This document shows, piece by piece, positions 39,428 through 45,742 of a stretch of 64,000 bases of DNA; the stretch's first letter is position 1, and each line of letters opens with the position of its first letter. This stretch comes from Escherichia coli (lineage in GTDB: Bacteria; Pseudomonadota; Gammaproteobacteria; Enterobacterales; Enterobacteriaceae). The stretch lies in assembly GCF_030013595.1 (NCBI RefSeq), contig NZ_CP122768.1. The stretch is one strand, 5' to 3'. A model generated the notes under the pieces. The model had not been told where the DNA came from and did not search any database. It saw only the letters and a list, made by a program, of their open reading frames with translations. The translations under genes and the position numbers were made by a program.

Positions 39428-41332
39428 TTAGAACGATGTTACCCAGCTACGGCCTCTATTTGGGCGTCTGACGATGTTTTGACGTTGTGGTCGTGTGATT
39501 GGCTTAGTTTCTTCGATTTGCTCGTCAGATTGCGATTTAGGAGCTTCTACAGGTTCTTCTGGTTCACGGTTCAAACTATCTTTGATGGCTTCGAGTTTTT
39601 CCCATGACATTTTATTGAGTACATGACGAGAAGCAGCATAGGAATAAGCCAGGCAGTCCAACGCTTCGTTTCGTGTTTGTCCAACTTTTACCCAACGTGT
39701 GGTATTACCCTGCCGTTTCAACTGTTCAGAAAGCAATTGCTCGCAATAGTCATCAGGAACGTCACCAATCTGGAAGACAGTGTGAGGATCGCCATCTCTC
39801 AAGTTCCGGTTAATCATTTCACGGATCATCGTTTTAAGGTTGTTTACGCCCAGAATTTTAAGGGTAAAACCACCCGTTCTTGTGTCTTTTACCGGAAGGA
39901 TTGGTGCATCAACATTGCTTGCGCCTTTAATGGCGGTTAGATTTTGCCACCGACTACAGAATCGATAGATCACGTTTGTAGCTCGTCCGTTCGATGAGTC
40001 CACGAAAGCAGATAACATCGGGATTCGTTCACCGGATCGGGTATAGAATTTAGCTTTCAGGAAGTTGTAAAGCTGGTTATATGCTGGTGATTCGTGGCGT
40101 TCGCAGTTCACATCATAGAATGATCGGTGATCAACTACGCATAGCCCTTTACGAGAAATACCCAGCAAGGTAGATTCCAGACGGTCTTTTTGCTGGTCAA
40201 CTCCACCTACCAGAGCCAGTACATCATCAGGAATATTGTCTAGGCTAATATCAGTTTTCAGCGTTTCTAATTCGTCGGCTGTGCGGTCTTCGTTAAGATC
40301 ATCGAAGGTTTCACCGAGGACTGTATTGTAGAACGTTGCCAGGGACATATTCGCGTAGCTATCAGCAAAGTCCACCACACACGCACGGATAGAACTAAAC
40401 GGAGACATAAGGCGGTTAGCATGAAAACCGATTACTTCCGCGTTTGGTTCGGTGGCGACCCATTCTCCCTGTCCAACAGCACGTAGGCGATCACCCTCGG
40501 TCCAATCGGTTTCACATTCAGGGCAACGGTAAACGGCTGTATCTGGGTTGGGTAATGATTTACCGTTAATCGTATGCCAATCGAAATGTACGTTACTCCA
40601 TTCCATTACGTGCTTGTGTCCGCAATGCTGGCAAACGACATGATATTTTCTCTTATCCGAGAGTTCCCATTGTTGGTTAATCGCCCCATCACGAGCGGTT
40701 GGAGTGGAAGCAATTACGATCCTTGCATCTTCCCCGAAAGTGGTTGCGCGTTGTTCCGCTAGTTGGATCGGGTTCCCTTCGTCTGACTCATCAGCCGCAT
40801 CAACTTCATCAAGAATAATCAAAGGGAGTGTTTTACCGCGAAGATGTGACGGACTATTCAACGACATGAAATACATAAACGATCCGTTACGAAGCTGAAT
40901 AATCGATGAGTTGTTAACGGCATTGCGATCTGATTTGTCGGTGATCATCGCCTTTAATTCTGGTGTTGCCTCTAATACTGGCTTCACCTTACCAGCGATC
41001 CAAGAATTTAGTTCTCTAACGTTACTTTGCAACACCCCAATATTAGTAGGGTTACTCGCGATCCGATGGAAGATAATTCCGTTAAGAATCATGGTCTTAC
41101 CCAACTGTGCCGAACATTTAAACACAATTTTTCTACGGTCTTCGGTGATCGCGTCCATCATTCCACGTTGGAAGGGATGCAATTTAATTAGCGATCCGGC
41201 TTTAACACCATCGGTTGCAACTACATTAGCCTCTACCCATTCGCTAGGTTTCATCGTTTTAGGTGGGCGAATTGCCGCAGAGATATTTTTAAGAATCTTT
41301 TTTAATTTTGCCTTGTTCGAAATCAGTTTCAT
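39428..41332 (-). CDS. Terminase large subunit (lambda GpA family)
   Basis: 634 aa. Walker-A-like CSAQLGKT, DEVD Walker B and CxxC...CxxC (CQHCGH...CPECE), as in GpA-type terminases. Confidence 0.85.
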   Translation of the reverse strand: MKLISNKAKLKKILKNISAAIRPPKTMKPSEWVEANVVATDGVKAGSLIKLHPFQRGMMDAITEDRRKIVFKCSAQLGKTMILNGIIFHRIASNPTNIGVLQSNVRELNSWIAGKVKPVLEATPELKAMITDKSDRNAVNNSSIIQLRNGSFMYFMSLNSPSHLRGKTLPLIILDEVDAADESDEGNPIQLAEQRATTFGEDARIVIASTPTARDGAINQQWELSDKRKYHVVCQHCGHKHVMEWSNVHFDWHTINGKSLPNPDTAVYRCPECETDWTEGDRLRAVGQGEWVATEPNAEVIGFHANRLMSPFSSIRACVVDFADSYANMSLATFYNTVLGETFDDLNEDRTADELETLKTDISLDNIPDDVLALVGGVDQQKDRLESTLLGISRKGLCVVDHRSFYDVNCERHESPAYNQLYNFLKAKFYTRSGERIPMLSAFVDSSNGRATNVIYRFCSRWQNLTAIKGASNVDAPILPVKDTRTGGFTLKILGVNNLKTMIREMINRNLRDGDPHTVFQIGDVPDDYCEQLLSEQLKRQGNTTRWVKVGQTRNEALDCLAYSYAASRHVLNKMSWEKLEAIKDSLNREPEEPVEAPKSQSDEQIEETKPITRPQRQNIVRRPNRGRSWVTSF

Positions 41333-41423
41333 GTAATTACCCTCATTACGAAATATGAAGGTATTTATTAAATTGTTGATATTTTGATAAATATGGGTAT
41401 TAAGGCAGAGTTCTTTATGTCGG

Positions 41424-41453
41424 TTGACGATGGAGAACTTTTTCCGATAAAAT
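41424..41453 (+). promoter_or_regulatory. Sigma70-type promoter for the 41499 gene
   Basis: TTGACG, 18-bp spacer, TAAAAT. Confidence 0.5.
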
Positions 41454-41498
41454 GTAAGTCCTCTAAATAAAGGTGAACATTCACTTTAATTTGGAGAA

Positions 41499-41732
41499 AT
41501 GACTATGACTACTAAAGCTACTCGCGGTCGCCCTGCCCGTTATACTCGTGAACAGATGGCTGATATTGCCTACGCTTACTATACAGCGGATCGCGGGAAG
41601 GAAGCGAAAGAACAGATTCTTAGTGAACATGGGATTTCAGTAGCCCAATTCTATAAGAATATGAAGAAGTTAGACATTAAATTCTATGTTCAGATCGATG
41701 ACGGTCAGATCGTAGAAGCAACAGGTTTTTGA
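41499..41732 (+). CDS. Small DNA-binding protein (N-terminal RGRP AT-hook-like plus HTH), 75-77 aa
   Basis: MTMTTKATRGRPARYTREQM...GISVAQFYKNMKKLDIKF. Paralogue of 45446-45628. The true start may be the ATG at 41505. Confidence 0.6.
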   Translation: MTMTTKATRGRPARYTREQMADIAYAYYTADRGKEAKEQILSEHGISVAQFYKNMKKLDIKFYVQIDDGQIVEATGF

Positions 41733-41740
41733 TTCTCTTT

Positions 41741-41765
41741 GCCACTCTTCGGAGTGGCTTTTTTG
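41741..41765 (+). terminator. Rho-independent terminator (UUCG loop)
   Basis: GCCACTC-ttcg-GAGTGGC followed by TTTTTTG. Confidence 0.8.
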
Positions 41766-41793
41766 TATCTAAGTTATTGATTTTCTCGAACTT

Positions 41794-41836
41794 CACAATT
41801 TGTGGGAGTCGGGAAACATCCACAATTTGTGGGAGT
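41794..41836. repeat. Two direct copies of CACAATTTGTGGGAGT (27-bp period) between convergent terminators
   Basis: Copies at 41794-41809 and 41821-41836 are identical over 16 bp. Each contains the near-palindrome CACAATTTGTG. Confidence 0.8.
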
Positions 41837-41844
41837 TGGATAGT

Positions 41845-41871
41845 AAAAAGCCCCACCATTACGGCAGGGCT
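41845..41871 (-). terminator. Rho-independent terminator (module copy 3 of 3)
   Basis: Minus strand reads AGCCCTGCC-gtaat-GGTGGGGCT followed by TTTTT. Confidence 0.75.
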
Positions 41872-41876
41872 TCTAA

Positions 41877-42428
41877 TCAGATTCCGAAGATGTCACATAG
41901 GTCGGCTGTGTGGCGTTCTTGTTTTGAATAGTAAATCCGTTCAGCTTCATATAACGTGATAGAATCATCATTAACGACGGTTTCAAACTCCCCTTCTATT
42001 ACCCTTTCTGTGTGCGCTTTACTGCGTAATTCGGCCTCTTCCATGCGATATAAGCCAATACAGATACTACCATATACACCATATTTTTTCTCGTCGAGAT
42101 GGCGACGACCTTTGCGTTGTTCGAACGGAAGATCGTAAGCGGTTATCTTTTTGCGGCGAACTCGATCATATCCACTCTCTTTGGCATCAATCATCATACT
42201 AATCAACATCCCACATTTAACAAGGGATTCAAGGCACTGACGAATAGAATTAGTTCTTGATTGTTTTAATTCTGGGTTAGGATCGTAATATGGATTATCT
42301 ATCCATGATTCATGAATAAGGAAATGTACGTCATCAGCCGTTAAAGGCCAACCACCAACACTTTCAACATCGGTCTTAGTACAATCAAACAGATCCAGAA
42401 TGAATTTCTTTTTGTGCGTCATTTTCAT
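41877..42428 (-). CDS. Hypothetical protein, 183 aa (possible winged-helix DNA-binding protein)
   Basis: ORF. The SIRQCLESLVKCGMLIS segment looks like a wHTH recognition region. No firm assignment. Confidence 0.45.
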   Translation of the reverse strand: MKMTHKKKFILDLFDCTKTDVESVGGWPLTADDVHFLIHESWIDNPYYDPNPELKQSRTNSIRQCLESLVKCGMLISMMIDAKESGYDRVRRKKITAYDLPFEQRKGRRHLDEKKYGVYGSICIGLYRMEEAELRSKAHTERVIEGEFETVVNDDSITLYEAERIYYSKQERHTADLCDIFGI

Positions 42429-42523
42429 AATGTTCTATCCTCAAAATACTTAAAAAGTACCATGCCGATTTTCGCGGCATGGTCAAAAAATCACCATACA
42501 CCCAATGGGCGTTTGGTTAAAAA

Positions 42524-43363
42524 TTAGATACCAAAGACAGCAAGTGATCCGGCGTTCTTACGAATCAATGCGGCGGTATTATTAACGATTGCACGAGCAT
42601 TGTTAGGCTGCGGTAATTTCAAAGTTGCTATCGTCTCTTCCTCAATCAAGCCCAATTCAACCAGCACTGGTAAACAGTCAGTTGTGAACTCAAGCTGACC
42701 ATGTGCTGATTGTCGGGCATACATGTAAGCAGGAGGAAGAACATCATAGCCACAAGGCTTACCAGAAGCATCCAGACGGCGCTCAATGTGTTTAGCCTCA
42801 CACAATCCCTTAAGAATACGTTGTACCTTCGTAGAGCCTCGTTTTTCGCCCAATAAGCGGGTTAAGCTGTGCCCGTCAATGGCACGGCGAACATGAAGAT
42901 CAATTAATTGTTCTTTTTCTTCCGCTAAAGTCAGAGCCTTACGAATCCAATCAACTTCGGTCATCTTGCTTGCGTCTGGGAAAGCGTTATTCTTTAATTC
43001 TTCATTTTCTTTCTTCAAACGCTGCCATTCATCAACCAGCATTGCGGTATAAACCGGATCGGTCTGTGCGATAACAATGTAGCTATCACGTTCAGTCAGA
43101 AGATAAACTTCAATTGGTTTGCCTTTACGGCCTAAACGGTCAGTTTTTGACCAAAACGCCACTGGCGGTTTGGTTACAATTTGAGCTTCAACCAGACGAT
43201 CAACCGTTCTCATAATATCGGTGTGACGGTTTTCACGCCCCATTAGTTCAGCAATACGCCAGGTAGAAATTGATAATTCTTTCTCTACAGAGTCATTTGC
43301 AGCAGTCAGGTCAACAGAAGAAGCAGTTTTAACAGCAGTATTCATAGTAGTAACAGTATTCAT
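42524..43363 (-). CDS. Rha-family phage regulatory protein with C-terminal extra domain, 279 aa
   Basis: The region ISTWRIAELMGRENRHTDIMRTVDRL...IEVYLLTERDSYIVIAQ resembles the Phage_pRha domain. Confidence 0.55.
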   Translation of the reverse strand: MNTVTTMNTAVKTASSVDLTAANDSVEKELSISTWRIAELMGRENRHTDIMRTVDRLVEAQIVTKPPVAFWSKTDRLGRKGKPIEVYLLTERDSYIVIAQTDPVYTAMLVDEWQRLKKENEELKNNAFPDASKMTEVDWIRKALTLAEEKEQLIDLHVRRAIDGHSLTRLLGEKRGSTKVQRILKGLCEAKHIERRLDASGKPCGYDVLPPAYMYARQSAHGQLEFTTDCLPVLVELGLIEEETIATLKLPQPNNARAIVNNTAALIRKNAGSLAVFGI

Positions 43364-43451
43364 AGTAGTAATTCCCCTTTCGGTTTAGTGATATTGATCC
43401 TCCTAGTTCCGGCATCACCACCGGAACATTTTTATTTATGATAGAAATTTA

Positions 43452-43784
43452 TTACCAATCGATTTCTACTTGGTCTTCTTCATAATAAGGAATCGCATAT
43501 TCATAACGCCAATTTTCGATGATTTCACGTTCTTCATTAGTAAGAAGGTGATTGTTAACTGGAGTCGCATTGTGATTACCAGCTTCGAATTGCTCGCGAA
43601 CTTCCAGCATTGCATGAATACCAGTTAAGGACATCAGATCAAACGGAACATGCATACTACGGGAGATTGTTTCACGGGATACGCCCCAATCATTTTCTAC
43701 ATGGCTAGGGGTTACAGAAACGGTTTTGCCGGAGATTTTAACAGTCCAGTCATACAGGGATTTAGTGATGGTAAATTCTTTCAT
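43452..43784 (-). CDS. Hypothetical protein, 110 aa
   Basis: ORF with an AAAGAGGA SD. Confidence 0.5.
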   Translation of the reverse strand: MKEFTITKSLYDWTVKISGKTVSVTPSHVENDWGVSRETISRSMHVPFDLMSLTGIHAMLEVREQFEAGNHNATPVNNHLLTNEEREIIENWRYEYAIPYYEEDQVEIDW

Positions 43785-43807
43785 GTTACATCCTCTTTAC
43801 AAATCTA

Positions 43808-43901
43808 GGTCAAATAGGTTCAAAGTTGTCAAGTGCGATAATCATAAAAAAGTTTGAAGATATTGTCAAATACCACTTGACAAGACACCAAAGGGTTGAC
43901 C
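43808..43901. promoter_or_regulatory. Dyad-symmetric operator/promoter region built from TTGACAA/TTGTCAA and GGTCAA/TTGACC half-sites
   Basis: GGTCAA-N12-TTGTCAAG (43808-43833) is mirrored by CTTGACAA-N12-TTGACC (43876-43901). In addition, TTGTCAA-N7-TTGACAA forms a palindrome at 43863-43883. Confidence 0.55.
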
Positions 43902-43905
43902 TAAC

Positions 43906-44094
43906 TTACAGCATATCTAAGCCTTCATCGTAACCGTAGAAGCCATTCTGAGAAGAGAAGCAGATTGGTGCGTAGTCGTCGTCATCTTCGTCTTGTTCAT
44001 CTTGTTCTGGGGCTTCCTGAGCGGTTTCTTTGCCGTAGTTAAACATGGCTTCATCCAGTTCATAGTGGAAATCCTCTAAAAGAAAGTGAATCAA
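43906..44094 (-). CDS. Small very acidic protein (up to 62 aa; start uncertain)
   Basis: ORF ending ...EQDEQDEDDDDYAPICFSSQNGFYGYDEGLDML. It has a TTG start in the track, or an internal ATG at 44046. Confidence 0.4.
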   Translation of the reverse strand: MIHFLLEDFHYELDEAMFNYGKETAQEAPEQDEQDEDDDDYAPICFSSQNGFYGYDEGLDML

Positions 44095-44741
44095 TCTAAT
44101 ATTATTTATAAAGAGAAAATTCTTGTTATTATGAAAGGAGTGATCTGGTAGAGTCCAAAACTGGTCTGTACTTGAAAGGTGATTGGATTCAGTCGGGCAA
44201 AGCCCTCCTTCATGTTTTGATTAAATCATCATCAAAACGAAGAAGTATCTTTAGAATATAAGATCTTTCTTTTGGAGAAATAATAATCAGGAAGCAATTT
44301 GGCAACCGAAGGTTGCAATCCCGAAGGGATAACCAATACCTTTCTAGAAAGTGATTGTTACTCACTTCGTTCGTTTACTAGAATCAGTTATCATCTGGTA
44401 TTAAATCCCTTTCTAAGAAAATCCTTTCAAAAGTGATTCTCGATGCCACGCAGTGGCGTCGCAGACGTTTGGGAGTGAGCGAAGCGAGCGAGCAAACTAG
44501 TTAATTCCTTCTAAGACCATCTAGTATCATCTAGTTTAAATTAGTTGTTACTAGAAGCAATTGGTTGGCGCTTCGCGCAGTCGGGCTAAAGCCCTCCTAA
44601 TTATCTTTTTGGTTATTTGTTGTTTTTAGTTTTACACATGAGCGTAGCGAATGTGTTATATAATATCTATGCACGCCCAATCCCCCGCTTTTTCCCCTCA
44701 CTAAGTTAATGTTTTATAAAGAGTTTTTCTCACCAATCCTT

Positions 44742-44930
44742 TTCGGGGGCAAATTTCAGGGGCAAAAATTAGATTTTCAGGGGCAAAAATAGTGGGTTTC
44801 AGGGGCAAAAATGAGGGGCAAAATCACTGTTTCCCAGAATTTCAGGGGCAAAAATAGTGGGTTTCAGGGGCAAAAATGGGATGTGGAATCTAGGGGATTT
44901 TGGTTCAGGGGCAAAATTCAGGGGCAATTT
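44742..44930 (+). repeat. Iteron array: 9 direct copies of TTCAGGGGCAAAA (7 with a perfect TTCAGGGGCAA core)
   Basis: Copies start at 44742, 44755, 44776, 44798, 44811, 44841, 44863, 44904 and 44917. A 38-bp block at 44776-44813 is repeated exactly at 44841-44878. Confidence 0.9.
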
Positions 44931-44968
44931 TCATAGTGTAGGGCTAGTGTAGGTTTGAAAATCCTTTG

Positions 44969-44997
44969 TTGACACTGTGTAGGATCGGTGGTATACT
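44969..44997 (+). promoter_or_regulatory. Near-consensus sigma70 promoter P1
   Basis: TTGACA (44969-44974), 17-bp spacer, TATACT (44992-44997). A GTGTAGG box lies in the spacer. Confidence 0.65.
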
Positions 44998-45025
44998 TGA
45001 AAATTCGAGATAAATATGTTATAAT
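44997..45025 (+). promoter_or_regulatory. Near-consensus extended -10 promoter P2
   Basis: TTGAAA (44997-45002), 17-bp spacer with TG at 45017-45018, TATAAT (45020-45025). Confidence 0.65.
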
Positions 45026-45029
45026 ATTT

Positions 45030-45409
45030 GTATTGAAAGTGAAAATTTACCGATTTTCCTTCCTATTGTTATCACCGTGTTAAATTGTTATATGTCTGTG
45101 AAGATTTGGATCTGAGAGAAAATCTTGTAACAAATCTTTACAATTCATAGCTCAATTAATGCTCACCGCTTTAGCAAAAAGTGCTATGCCTTTTTCTAAA
45201 TTGATTGAATATACATCAATTTGGTTAAATCGTGTTCTTCGCTTTAGCAATTCGTGCTGTGGTTTAACACATTTAACACGTCTGATAACATCTGAATAAC
45301 ATTTTAACATATCTCTGTTATAAATACATATATAAGAGATAAATGTGAGGGGTTGAAAAATAAAATACAATCCCATATAAATAATAGTGAGCGGTTAACG
45401 CTCTTTTTT
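45030..45409 (+). ncRNA. Putative roughly 380-nt untranslated leader / regulatory RNA ending at a terminator
   Basis: No RBS-preceded ORF lies between the P1/P2 promoters and the terminator at 45389-45409. Contains two CGCTTTAGCA-N5-TGCT hairpin repeats. Confidence 0.3.
45389..45409 (+). terminator. Rho-independent terminator upstream of the 45446 gene
   Basis: GAGCG-gttaa-CGCTC followed by TTTTTT. Confidence 0.75.
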
Positions 45410-45445
45410 AAGAAATCATTAATCCACATTGTAGGAGGATTCGAG

Positions 45446-45628
45446 ATGGCACGACCTGTTAAGTTCACTCGCGAAATCATCTTAGAAATGGCTAAACGCT
45501 ACTTTGAGTTAACGCCGGGTGTGAGAATTGAAGAGTGGTTTAAAAATGAGGGCATCGATAAATCAACCTTTCATAAACTGCTAAAACGATATGACATTAA
45601 AGTGAAGATTGAAGCTACCGTTTGGTAA
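45446..45628 (+). CDS. Small HTH protein, 60 aa (paralogue of 41499-41732)
   Basis: MARPVKFTREIILEMAKRYF...GIDKSTFHKLLKRYDIKVKIE. AGGAGG SD 7 nt upstream. The longer track ORF start was rejected. Confidence 0.65.
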   Translation: MARPVKFTREIILEMAKRYFELTPGVRIEEWFKNEGIDKSTFHKLLKRYDIKVKIEATVW

Positions 45629-45742
45629 TCAACTTTGACTGAGAATTATATGATGGCTTTAAAAAAGAAAAAGCCTCCTTTGCTGCAACAAGGGAGGCTT
45701 GAAATGAACAATTAAAACTAACTTTCCATAGGAGTATTTATA

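Noticed and set aside
44290-44340. Resemblance of ATCCC-gaa-GGGATAACCAA to the hairpin and AUAAACCG handle of the E. coli type I-E CRISPR repeat, and of CTTAGAAA (minus strand, about 44410) to the I-F repeat 3' end; possible RNA anti-CRISPR
   Set aside because: Only about 9-10 nt match. The stem sequence and length differ from the real repeats and no full repeat-length similarity exists. This is within chance expectation for a 36-kb element, so I do not call it.
44100-44700. Possible tRNA genes among the hairpins
   Set aside because: I could not build any cloverleaf. There is no GTTCRANYC T-loop flanked by complementary 5-mers and no 7-nt anticodon loops. The stems have 3-5-nt loops.
44742-44930. 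Iteron array as a type III (ToxI-like) antitoxin RNA repeat or as a CRISPR array
   Set aside because: The repeats are 13-22 bp apart with no unique spacers. They lie upstream of, not downstream of, the strong promoters. No ToxN/AbiQ-like endoribonuclease or cas gene follows.
45152-45376. 74-aa minus-strand ORF in the AT-rich leader region
   Set aside because: It is extremely AT-rich, has no SD for either the first or the internal ATG, and points into the promoters. It is more likely a chance ORF in AT-rich DNA. I cannot fully exclude a small basic 52-aa protein from the internal ATG.
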